From positions 332,258,001 to 332,322,000 of the forward strand of contig OZ024742.1 of NCBI GenBank assembly GCA_964016885.1: DNA of 64,000 bases, written 5' to 3'. A program made the translations under genes and the position numbers. Below the pieces are notes generated by a model. It was given only the letters and a program-made list of their open reading frames with translations, made no database searches and was not told the DNA's origin. Positions 23,377-35,429 of this stretch are shown piece after piece. Every line of letters begins with the position of its first letter. The stretch's first letter is position 1. The stretch comes from Eledone cirrhosa. Lineage: Eukaryota.

Positions 23377-26376
23377 CCCAAACGACAACACACACATACG
23401 CACACATAAATGAAATATCCATACCTAAACACACACGCACACGTACACTAACAGGTATTTATATTAATCATATGTATCGCTACAAATGCCAACCAAGAAG
23501 ACACAGTCTTGTATCACACATATAGAGAGAACTATAAACATACATACCTACACACGCATGATGTTACCCCAGCTAAAGTGTTAGGTACATCCAATACCAA
23601 GATAAGTTGACAACACATGATTGTACATTTGTGCTTCACGATCATTTTGTTTAACTAAGATGACAAATCTATAAAACTAACACGACCTAATTAAATCTAC
23701 TAATTATTTATACTATCACAAATTATTGAGTTTTCTAACGCGACTATTCAACTAAACAAACCAGATTAACAAATTAAATCGATCATTTAAACTAGCACAA
23801 TTAATCTATTAAATTGACATGATTAATTAATTAACTCAATGGCATAAATCAGTTAAACTAATGTAATCAATTAATTAAACTCATTAATCAATTGATATAT
23901 GTGCTTGACAATTAGGTAAACAAAAATTTGGTTTACATTGAATATTAATTATACTAACATGAATAATTATTTTGACCATCTTTGTATTTTATTAGACCAA
24001 CATTATTAATTATTAATAAAAAATATATACATCCTCTTGCAGTTGTTAGCCATTTGAATGCTGTCTTCTAGTGGACAGTACTCAATTTTTCTAGTCTACT
24101 ATTTACACACCCGAACACCAACAGCCATTCACCGTACACCCAAACTCACCACCACCATCATCACAGCCCAACCAACATCACCAACACAAACGCAAACATC
24201 ACGACATTACAGTGACCCATAAAAACACCTCTTAAATTCTTGTTCATTCTTTAGAATTATGTCAAGCTGCTTTCCTACATCTTCACCTTTTTTTATGAGA
24301 TGCAAACACCCACCACCTACAGCCCACTCTTTCTCATTGGTCACTAGCTACGAAACCATTTTCTGACATAACATAATCACCTCTTCACATAACCAAGTCT
24401 TCTCATCCTACAGCCGAAACTTTAACATACAGGCTTTGGATATATATAACTTCTCATTTATTATACACACACATTCATGCACAAGTAGACAAACGGTGGA
24501 GAGGGCATGCGCCCCAACGGAATTACACACTTCCGCCTCCAGCTTAGCCGCCTCGGCCACAAACCACGCTACAGCCATTATCCGCAGAAAGCCCTTGCCA
24601 TCTTGTCCGCGGTGCGCAGCCGAAACACCACTCTGATATAGGCGTTGAGTCTGTCAACCACCCCGCTCCCTCTTTCTTTTCGCTAATAGCCCCTGTTCTT
24701 TCCCTCCATGTACTCTCATTTATGGCATTTATAATCCTTTCCAATTCTATGTCTTACTTCTGTATGTTTGACCATATATAATTAAGATAAATAAATTGTT
24801 GTTTTCAAGAAAAATAGCATTTAATACCACAACCCTGCTTTATTTGCCTCCACATTTCTCCTAGCTTCATTAAATTATCTAAGTATTGTCTCATTATTGA
24901 ATTCCCATCTCACTATCCGTTTTAATTGCTCTAGTTCTTTTCGTGTCTGTTCTAACTTCTTTCGTATTTTCTTTCTTAAGACTGGTTGCTTTTACTTCTG
25001 TTTGAGGTTCTAAATGTGAAAATGTTTAAAATATATGTGTATAGTTATATAGAAGGACAGTTGATATTTAGATATCACAGCCAAGACAAACTATTCTTAA
25101 ACAAATGCTAATTGTTCCTATTTTCGTCCGAATATATATAACATGGAAAAATATAGCGCCTACCATATTTGTGAAAGTAAATGGGATTTACAATGTTTGA
25201 ACACGAAGAATGAAACAATAATACATTTTGCAACAAAATGGATGGATTTTGGATGGGGAGACAGAGAATTATTTTGAAAATAGACATTTTAACAACATTT
25301 CTAGTGTTTCGCCTGAATCTACACACTCCCCTCTGCCTTCCTCACTCTTTCTCTCTCTCTCCCTCCCTCTCTCTCTCTATATATATATAAATATATATAT
25401 ATATTTATATATATATATATGTGTGTGTGTGTGTATATATAAGTATATATATGAATTCTCCAGAATAAAACAGTTCTAGTCCCGTAGAAGCCATTTCTAT
25501 ATTAAATATATATATATGTCAAAAACACGTGCACATACACACACCTAAACACAAACATACATACACACGCACACATATACACACAGGATTTGTATACTGA
25601 AAATAAATATACATTTATTTATGTCTGACATCTAAATGAAAGAAAAGTTTCGTTTGTGTAAATATAAAGAGCTGCAAACTAACTTTGTATATGAGACATT
25701 TAAACGAAATTATAACGATATACTAACATTAATCTATATTTTGAAAGCACGTTAGCTTAAAGTAAGCGGTTTCAACGTATGTTTTTACAGTATGAATACA
25801 ACAATTTAAGTTATGCATATAATATCTAGAGACGGATACTGTAGACATTAAACCCCGTGGAAATTGAACTAACATCTACCATTCTATGTGTTTATATGCA
25901 CAATTTTGACACATTTCATAGCCCAAACGATAGGTTAAAGCAACTTCTTTTAAGCTAAGATACTTTCAAAATTGAAAAGTTGCTTAACGCTTTGTGAATA
26001 CGCTTGATTCCTTATTTTATATATAACATAAATTTTGTACTGAGAATAATCACACAAGTGCGATTAAAAAGAAATGTGAGAGGCTTCTGAATTGAAAAAC
26101 GGTGGCACAATATATACACTTTTACTTGTATATATATATATAAATATAAATTTAGCGAGATTCGCATTTCGGCGGGTAGAAATTAACGAAACGCAACTTC
26201 CATATTGTGCAGACAAGCGGTCCATGGATATGAAGAAAAAGATACCAGAGCTATAAACATAAGTTAAAATGGTCATACACGCTGAGACAATGGTTAAGAA
26301 GCCATTAACCAACATAGCCAAAAAAGCGAACAAGCTAAACGGTCAAACAAAATGAGATATGATTGAAATATGATTG

Positions 26377-26425
<49 letters not shown>

Positions 26426-26759
26426 CGTGTGTGTGTGTGTGTCTGCGAAGGTAGGCGTACGTGTGTGTATGCATATATCTGTCGGTGTCTGCATGTGTGT
26501 GTGTATGTGTGTGTATATTAGTATGTGTGGGTGCTTACCCTGAAGTGTGAACTGACGTGATAGATGCTGAATCCAACATGACTCCATCGAAATGTGTTGG
26601 ATGGAAAATGGCTGATGACCCGTGAGACAGTAAATAATGACCAGAACTTGTGATGACGTGGAGTAAAACAGGCAAGGGCTTGACAAAAGTGGAAGTAGGT
26701 TTTTTTGAGGGCGTTTTTTGATGATGACACTCCAGTGATAAAATTTGCTACAAACGAAA

Positions 26760-26856
26760 TACCCGTGTCTGAAAGAACCCGCAGAAGTAGAATCAGCCAG
26801 ATCCATACAAGGCCATGTCTCGAGCTACCTGCCGGCGAAACAATTGTAATAAAGTA
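26760..26856 (+). ncRNA. Degenerate hammerhead motif with long stem II
   Basis: CTGAAAGA-ACCCGCAGAAGTAG..CTACCTGCCGGC-GAAA-CAATTG-TA. There is a 1-nt insertion in the core and stem I is weak. Confidence 0.4.
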
Positions 26857-27006
26857 AGTCCAGATGCATCACTGATTTTTCGTTTGCTTTATACTATATA
26901 TATATATATAGTATAAAAGAGAAAATACAGGTAAGCATTAAGAGAAGGATTTTATCCAGGTATGGATAACCACGAACTGGATCACAAATAGCAATTGTCT
27001 GCTTCC

Positions 27007-27066
<60 letters not shown>

Positions 27067-27096
27067 AGATCAAAAGATGGTTAAAAGAGTTCCATG

Positions 27097-27167
27097 TATT
27101 TTATTATGCGCATTTCAAAAACAAATATCATCATGCGATGACAATTGCGCTTCCGTCAGATAAAATA
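27097..27167 (-). ncRNA. Type I hammerhead motif at the PLE 3' end
   Basis: TATTTTAT-CTGACGG-AAGCGCAATTGTCATC-GCAT-GATGATATTTGTTTTT-GAAA-TGCGCA-TA-ATAAAATA. Perfect 8-bp stem I and palindromic stem III, but core A9>G. Confidence 0.7.
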
Positions 27168-28135
27168 GGGAGACATGATATGAAGGTTAAAAAACACTTA
27201 TGAATAGTGGAGTTTTAAATCAACATATGAAAAGTAGTTTTAGATTGATGTGTGATATTGGGGGGAAAAAAAAAATTTGAGCGTGGGTGGGTGGAAAGGA
27301 TGAAAAAGAGGAGGAGATGGAAGTAAAGAATGGAGGGGTAGGAGTATAATAAGGAAGGATGAGATAGGAGGAGAGATGGATGATAGAGAGAGAGATAGCT
27401 TTTATAATTGAGAAAATATATTGTTTTACATAGAGAGGTTAAAAAACCGTTGGAAGATAATATATAAATTAAAAGAATTTGAAAATTAACGAAGAGAAAC
27501 ATTTAAGAATAATGTTAAATTAAGGTTTGTATATTGAAGGGTTTAATAATATGTGCGATGAAAAGAAATTGTTAATATGTATTAAGAATAATATTTAAGG
27601 GTTTAATAATATGTGCGATGGAAAGAAATTGTTGATATGTATTATTAAAAATATAAAAATATACCAATAGTAATGTAATTAAGGATATATTGTGAAAAGA
27701 AATAGAAGAGTGGATGAATGGATGAATATGTGTAATATGTATAAGTTAGATGAGCATGAAAGGGAGAAAAAAATAATGAATTCAGGATGAATAATCTAAC
27801 GTCAAAAAATGTTTATGTTTACGAAGGATTTTTCGAGGTGATATTATAAAGTATTTAAAAGGGTAAAGAGTGTGGTGAGTAATAATGAGAATTGAGAAGT
27901 ATCTAGGAAGAAAAGGTACAGATTAGAGGTTAGAAATTAAAAGAAAAAAGGAAAAAAAAAGAAAGAAAGGGGAGTGATAAATAGGAGTGATATAGAATGA
28001 GTAACTAGTATTATATAATGTATAATAAATAACATTGAAATAAGGTAGAAAGATGGGTATATTTTTAAAGAAATATATATGTATATATATATGTGCCTTT
28101 GAGAAAAGGATTTTAAAATGGTGAAGTATTAGATA

Positions 28136-29640
28136 TTAGCTGTATACTTTATGGAATGTTCTGTGGAATGTATGCAAGCAGAGAGAAAACAAGTCAGTGC
28201 GTCTATTTATTATAGAATCTAAATTAGATATAATGGTAAATTTCTCACATAAACAGAGATTACATGTCTTGGATAGAGAAGCATTCAAGTATGGAGAAGC
28301 AGAACAAACCTTCCTCCAAGAGATGTTATAGTTAATATGTTTGTCTTTCAAGGACCATATGGGTTCTGAGAGTGCCGTGTTGGTTCTCTTAAGTTGGTAT
28401 TTAAAAGACGGATGATGATTATAAAGACAAGCTTTAAAGGAGGTGGAAGTGGAGCCAAAATAGGTAAAGGAATTGGTGTCAGTTATAACTTTACATTCGT
28501 AGATTAAGTTTTTTTCAAGACAATGGTTGTTGAGAGGACATTTATTTTTAACAGGGCAATTACAATTGCGATTAGAGAAATTAACAGAGTTATTAACAAG
28601 TGACCTAGTGTTATCTATAGAAGGAATTGGATTGGAGAAGTTATTTAAGATAGGAATAATAGTTTCTTGATTTAGAATGGGATTAAGAACATTTAACGAA
28701 GTTGCGTTTGACGTTGTATTTGGGTTTGCAGAAATTAGCCTAGAGTTAACAGTAACGTCTGGAGTACTATTACTATTATTATGATATTCAGTGTTTGAAG
28801 GAAGAGATTTAGTATTTAGTATTTTATTGTTGTGTTTAGAGATAATGTTGGAGATGTTGGAGGAGGTCGCATAGGAACATTTTATAGTGTGTTTGTTAAA
28901 TATTTTACTATATATATGTGAGGGAGGGAATCATTTATTTAAGGCACTAAAGAATACTTTCGGAATATTATTATTAATAGAGATGGAGAAAGGAGCATTA
29001 TACCAGATTATGCTTTTGTATCTAGGTCTTTTATTAAAGTTATTGGAATGATCATGATTAATTATTCTACTGTAAGATCTTCTAGAATTTGTTTTTTTAC
29101 TATATTTGATTTTATCAGGATAACCGGCTTTAGAAAGCGCGTTAGCATCAAAGATGTTTTTATTAGATGATAGGTTGGATATTCTTTTTCCAATATTACT
29201 AACTATAGCATTCTTAATATTAGTGGGGTGGTTAGATTTAAAATTAACATAATTTATTTCTCATTGTTTTTATGGTAAGGGTAATATAGGCCAGTGTCAA
29301 GATTAAGAGATACATCCAAGAAATTAGCTAGTTTGATGTTATTATCAAATTCAATTTTTAAGTTATGTTGGTTAAAGAGATTACGTATATTGTTCTTAAT
29401 AATATTAATGTTAACTATGTTGCAATTTAAGATAGTAAAGAGTGCATCGTCACGATAAATTCCACCGCGAAGTTGATGAATTTTCCGATTCAAAGAGTTC
29501 TAAATAAAGATACCGATTAAATCTGTCAATTGGGATGAATTGGATGCTCCCATTGTGATGTCAAAGTTGTTAGAGGTATCAGCTCTAGTCCAACATTCAT
29601 TGTTGAACTCTAGGAGGGTTTTACGTGCGGTGAGAATGCT
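28136..29640 (-). pseudogene. PLE RT (motif B to thumb) and GIY-YIG endonuclease
   Basis: ILTARKTLLEFN..NFDITMGASNSSQLTDLIG; GGIYRDDALF; FLDVSLNLDTGLYYPYHK; IIWYNAPFS; CNCPVKNKCPLNNHC-NLIYECKV..YFGST; CNLCLCEK..NRRTDLFSLCLH. Confidence 0.92.
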
Positions 29641-30037
29641 GAGATGTTTTTATACTACAATAAATCTCACCTCCTACATTATATATATATATATATAAGA
29701 AAGTGAGGTTTTTTTACAAAATGAAAAATAACCGAGGTGTATATATATATATATATATATATGCGTAGGAACGAGGTGTCAGAGTTGTCATAGTATCAAC
29801 ATTAGGTTTTTTCAGTTGTGACGGGCGTTACGAACATTGAGTTGACCAATCTCGAAACACACGTTACACCTGCATGAACTTAAAGATGATTCTGCTTATG
29901 AAGAAAATCGGCAATAGTATAACACCATACGTATAACAGCATGTACTATACTTAAACAAACCCACTTACGCTTTGCTTGCTTCAGATGTTGAACCAACAC
30001 TAACATTAGGTTACAATACATTAAGCTATATATATAT

Positions 30038-30105
<68 letters not shown>

Positions 30106-30106
<1 letters not shown>

Positions 30107-30640
30107 GGAGTGACAGATTATTGTTATAGGTAGTCCACTTAAGTGTAGTCCAGTTATGGTAGTCCGGGTAGTGGATGATATCAACGCGTGGCTAAGTTTG
30201 ACTCAACAAGGCGTTTCCATAGTGATGTTGCGAGTACGCTGTAATTCCTATGTTGTAAACACTTGGAGTAATGATAAATCAGGAATGAAAAATGACACGG
30301 TTTGCTATACAAAAAAGGTTTTTAATCTCATAGCTGACAATTGTTTCTATGAACTGGTAGGTCTAGAGATCGCTACCCGCTTGTTTTCACGTTATTCGAT
30401 CACCAATACAAAGTTATAACAAGTCAATTCATGGGAGCTTGTGAGAAATCTTTCTGTGAGAAATATTTTTCACAAGCTCCGATGAATTGACTCCGTTATA
30501 ACTTTGTATTGGTGATCGAATAGCGTGAAAACAAACGGGTAGCGATCTCTAGGCCTACCAGTTCAGAGAAACAATTGTCAGCAATGAGATTAAAAACCTT
30601 TTTTGTATAGCAAACCGTCTCACTCTTCTTTCCTGATTTA
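30106..30640. mobile_element. Non-coding asymmetric fold-back element between (TA)n tracts
   Basis: Inverted arms ~30275-30447 and ~30465-30640, with a left extension 30106-30274. Both arms carry GAAA-CAATTG-TC-AGC, the 3' half of a hammerhead. Confidence 0.8.
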
Positions 30641-30738
30641 TATATATATATATACCTCACTCTCAAGCGTGAAACTAATATTAACATTCTCTACTGCCTC
30701 TTCGCTTCCTCGTTGTTGTTTTTTTGTATTCTGTTTCA

Positions 30739-30804
<66 letters not shown>

Positions 30805-30832
30805 ATGTGTGTATGTGTGTATGTGTGTATGT

Positions 30833-30896
<64 letters not shown>

Positions 30897-31175
30897 GTGT
30901 GCATGTATGTATGTATGCATGTATGTATGTATGTATATACGTAATACGGCATAATTCTGGGAAAAGGAAAACTCTGATATAACCCCTGCAACCCTGATGG
31001 TATCCAATGATGTTGACTTGTTCTTCTTTTGGGTAAATATCATCTTGGTTAAGAGAGTGGGACTGGCTTTGTGCAGTGCCTTTGCTCACTATAAAAGCTT
31101 TACGGCACAGGCATTGTTTTATATCTGGAGATCTCTCTGCACTTGTCATCACATGGTACACTATGTGTCAATAAT

Positions 31176-31320
31176 TGTCACAAGTGTAGTGTTTTTACCA
31201 GAGTTTTCAAGTCGCTGTCTGGACTAAAAAGTCACATTCGTTCAGCTCATCGGTAGGGTTTCTCCTACATGGATATAAAGTAGTGGCCGTACTCGAAAAC
31301 GAGTTGGCAGCCACCATATA
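31176..31320 (+). mobile_element. LINE (RTE-like) 3' end with decayed C2H2 finger
   Basis: KCSVFTRVFKSLSGLKSHIRSAHR* followed by a short tail GTGGCCGTACTCGAAAACGAGTTGGCAGCCACC. Confidence 0.55.
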
Positions 31321-31689
31321 CGTAAGAGTATTTTATATATCTAGCGACATACGGCATGTCTGTGAATAAACATTTTGAAAGCCTTCAGCTTTGAATTTTG
31401 GTAACTGAAGACATAGCGCCATCTAGCGGATTACAGATGCAGTAAGGGTGGGTAACTGTCAACGACGAACAACGTTTCTGACTCTGGTCGTTGTCAAAAC
31501 AGTGCTCCCTTACCCTGCTCTCTGCTGAAACTCAATGTAGGTGAGAACATATAGTTTTCTCTCCTATGTACATGGGCATTGCTACCTTACACTGCTTTGA
31601 ATGTAAGTTAAAAGCTTCAACGTACGTTTTTTTATTGTTTTTGTGTACTATGAAAATGTCTAATAAACTCGGCATAAACGCACCTGTTG

Positions 31690-31890
31690 AGAAAAAAAGA
31701 TGACTTACAACCCGACATATATCCGTGCTTAAAAAAATGTCTCCATAACACAGTTGAAGGAGGGTGAATAAGAAGCAGGCAACGAAAATCGCGATTCGTC
31801 AACATCAAAGATTCGAGAGATCCCAACAATGTGAGCCTTCTACGTATGACTAAACACAGAGATCGTTGGCGAGGGCTGACTGCCGATATA
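31690..31890 (+). mobile_element. RTE-type LINE C-terminal fragment
   Basis: HNTVEGG*IRSRQRKSRFVNIKD..LLRMTKHRDRWRGL resembles the 'G.VEG.R.RGRQRK.W.DNIKE..DR..WR' terminus of RTE ORFs. Confidence 0.6.
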
Positions 31891-32149
31891 TCTAGCGTTG
31901 CACAATAAGGACTGATTCCACATTATAGGGTAAGATGAGGATATGAATTCAAAACGAATGTTGTTAAAACGTAGGTTCATTTCACACATGGTCCTCATAT
32001 TTTAAACATTTTAACGTATTTTCATACTAGGGGGGGGGGGAGTATTTGATGGACAGTTGGATTTCTAGAAGATTGAGCTGTCACAGACAAACACTATTGC
32101 TGATGGTTTTGTGTGAGTTTGTTTTAGGAAGTGTATGTAGTTTCAGCAA

Positions 32150-32440
32150 AGGCGCTTGGATTAGCGATTAGGGTGTTCGGCTCACAACCGTCAGCTTGAT
32201 AGTTCGATTCCCGGTAGACTGAGCAAAGTAGTCTTTGAGCAAAACATTTCAATTCATGTTGCTTTAGGCCACCCACCAGTCCAAAATTAATTGTACTTGT
32301 AATTCAAAGAATGATGCCATTTCAAACACCGAGTAACCCTACAGCTCAGAGAATTACATTAAGTATACTTATGTCTGTGTAATGCTAAGTCACCTACTAG
32401 TTAACATCAAAAGCAATCTGTTAGTTGGCCGAACAATTAA
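32150..32440 (+). mobile_element. tRNA-derived SINE (second family)
   Basis: GGCGCTTGGATTAGCGATTAGGG (A box), AGTTCGATTCCCGG (B box), then a TCTTTGAGCAAAACATTTC core-like segment. Confidence 0.7.
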
Positions 32441-32742
32441 AACACCGGTACACAACGAATACACACACGCACGTAGTTTCATGTGATATATACATGATAT
32501 AATAGAATAAATATAGAATACACTCACGTGGCGACATATGAATTAAAAACCCAATGGAAGAACCGATTAGACAATGCAACTTTTGATATATTGTAATATT
32601 GAAATAAGAGATATTTTATTTATAGTTAGCTTTTAAGTAGGTATTTGGTGCTATAAATATTCATTAGAATTTAGAATACATAAATGCAGATGAATAAATG
32701 GTATTTAATAGAATGAATATGTATCGGATAGCACTATGTTTA

Positions 32743-32790
<48 letters not shown>

Positions 32791-33561
32791 TATATTTATT
32801 AAAATAACAGATTAAAGTTTAAGCAAAGAATCGCTGCTTTCACCCTTAACGGGATCTTAGAGAGAGAGAGAGAGAGAGAGAGTGAGAGAGAGAGAGAGAG
32901 AGAGGGAGGGGAAGAGAGAGAGAGAGGGGGGATGTATGCGTGTTTGTGTGTGTGAGGTAGTGTGAGAGAGAGGCACCAAGGAAGAGAGAGATATTTTATT
33001 GAGGTCGACTCAATGGCCTATTAATCTAGAGTTTTTACTCTATCATTATAAGGTCAAGAGAGAGATTTTATTGACAATATAGTAAATTCATTGATCAAAT
33101 ATACCTTAAATAAAGTTATTAAACTATTCTAAGTTATTGAGTAATAATTCACGCACCATCAGCAATATATAACATTTATTTTCTAAACAAAAAGGTGACA
33201 GTGACACACAAATTTCAATCGTTATAAGGGACACCATCACATAAACTTCATGGTTACAGCCAACTTTTATAATAAAATGTAAACTGTGCGCACATGTATT
33301 GAGTGGTCGCTCATTCAGATAATAATTAGCCATTTTTTCTATATGCACGCACTCACGCACACACATGCACACACTCACACGCGCTGACTAACGGTAGCAT
33401 ACCTTTGCCCTTCTTTGTTCTAGAATATTGTTTGGTTTAAATCGCATTAATTATGATTGCGGTATTCGTCTAAGTGTGTGTGCAACACTATTTTATTATT
33501 GATGTTATTGTTTTGATTCTACGCTGTATCTATATATCCAAATGCCATATGTATAATCTTT

Positions 33562-33674
33562 AGTATTCTGATGATTTGAATAGAGGTAAACACTGTATTT
33601 AAGGTCGAGTGACGCAACTTCAAGTGATTAGCGGCCTTTAGACTCACCTGATCAATGAAACAATTGTTATTACT
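33562..33674 (+). ncRNA. Type I hammerhead motif with ~82-nt stem II
   Basis: AGTATT-CTGATGA-[TTTGAATAGAGGT..TTAAGGTCG..CGGCCTTTAG..ACCTGATCAAT]-GAAA-CAATTG-TT-ATTACT. The core is intact, stem III is palindromic, and stem I pairs at 5 of 6 positions. Confidence 0.62.
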
Positions 33675-33903
33675 TGAAATAAAACCCCTTGTTGTACAGC
33701 CGACCATGTTATTCTTCAATATTTCACTACTATTACTCCAAGTATAACGTAGATAGGAATTTTCGCGATCTCGCTACCTAACTATGGAATCATCTTGTTG
33801 AATCTAACATAGCCGTACGTTAAAACTATCCACAGTACTGAGTACTCACAATCTCTAACTGGATTACATATAACGATAACTTGTTATCCCATATATATAT
33901 ATA

Positions 33904-33980
33904 TAACGGAGGAAATGTGGTAAGAAACCAGAATTAGCCGTCGAAACGGCTTGAGTTCAGCCGTCGAGGTCCTACTCGTT

Positions 33981-33984
<4 letters not shown>
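33904..33984. mobile_element. 81-bp termini-only derivative of the 21054-22113 PLE family in (TA)n
   Basis: 33904-33931 is the reverse complement of 22086-22113. 33931-33984 matches 21980-22033 with 2 mismatches. Confidence 0.85.
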
Positions 33985-34048
<64 letters not shown>

Positions 34049-35111
34049 CACCCAAGATGATAAAATCCGTAGATAAAAGATCAAGAAAAACATTGCTCGA
34101 TCTGTCGGAAGAGAGCTCATTTAATGTAAACAAAGTTTCACACTTATATGCATATATCTGTGTATAGGTGCGTTTATATGTGTATAAGTGTGAGTCTGTG
34201 TTTGTGTGTGTGTTCCTCTGTACGTTTGTGTTAATGATCCTGTTTATGTCCCGTAAACATAACATTTCGACAAATATGAGAATCTGTGCAGGGAATTGTC
34301 TTACAACACACACACACAGATTCACCCATACACATACATAAATATGTGCCTTTACGTTATTTATATTGTGTCCTTTAATGGACAATGATCCTAGCGTTTC
34401 AACAAATTGAGATCATTAAAATTAGTAGCAAACTTAAATAAGCAACTGAGTTGATAATTTGAAGTAAAACGCTATGTAGGCAATGGGTCAGCACGGCCTG
34501 AGTTCAGTGAGTGGAATTACTGCCCATGTTAAGTGTATATTTGATCAATGAATTTACTATATAATTGTTATGAAAGCTTGTTCCTTTGTATTGTATTTTT
34601 GGTATCGCTATATTAACGTTCTTTTCAAAACGGGAAATAGCAGAACCCTATACATTTCTTCTGTTTCAATAACAGATAACACATATCTGCTTCTACTCTA
34701 TTGTTGCAGCTATAAAGTCATCAGATATTTGACTTATTTGCGTTATGCACCAGTTCTAACAGTACATATAAATTTGTTCTGATATCGGCAACGATACATC
34801 CACCCGTTCCCTTCTTTGAGCGAGTATATAGGTTACGCAATTATTGTATGTTGTGTTTTATATCAGAGCAGGTTTGGCTTGTCTCGGAATCATTTAGACA
34901 AAATCTAGCATAGTCTACAATTGCACTTTTAGGCGTTTTTTATTTCCTATAAGCTTTCAATTTCCCTTTAAAAATCATTCCTGGATACTTATTAATATCG
35001 ATCTCCCACACTCAACAAAGATGCATACATATATATGCACATATGTGTAACGATAGATATACGGATATACTGAAATAATGTTTCAAAGGAAATAAAAACA
35101 GCACAACGGGA

Positions 35112-35112
<1 letters not shown>

Positions 35113-35154
<42 letters not shown>
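35113..35154. repeat. (AGT)n microsatellite at the start of a degenerate NNT-triplet zone leading into the satellite
   Basis: Direct inspection. Confidence 0.9.
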
Positions 35155-35429
35155 TAATGTTGTTTGCGGTGTTTGTTTTTCGTGTTTGTTGTTGTAGCCA
35201 AGAGTATTTCTTATTTCATTACTATTATTTTTGAAAATGTACGTATCACATTCACCTTTGATTATATCATCCCTGTTACTTTTCGGTGTTGTTGCTGTTG
35301 AAGTTGTTATCTTTGGCGCTGTTGCTTTTGATGATGATGTTGACTATTCTGGCATTGCTTGTTCTTCATATTATTGTTTCTGTTATGGTTACAGTTTTTA
35401 TATATCCTTGATATAATTGCTATTCTGTT

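Larger units (their letters stand above)
27065..29690 (-). mobile_element. 5'-truncated Penelope-like element
   Basis: RT and EN remnants, ~1 kb pyrimidine-rich 3' region (minus strand) with a ~60-bp tandem duplication at 27537-27645, a terminal HHR, and (TA)n on both sides. Confidence 0.9.

Noticed and set aside
23640-24010. Possible degenerate ~20-bp AT-rich tandem repeat (TTAAACTAACAC..AATTAA)
   Set aside because: It is too diverged to define a unit by eye.
32150-32215. tRNA gene
   Set aside because: A and B boxes are present, but there is no cloverleaf and the sequence continues into a SINE body.
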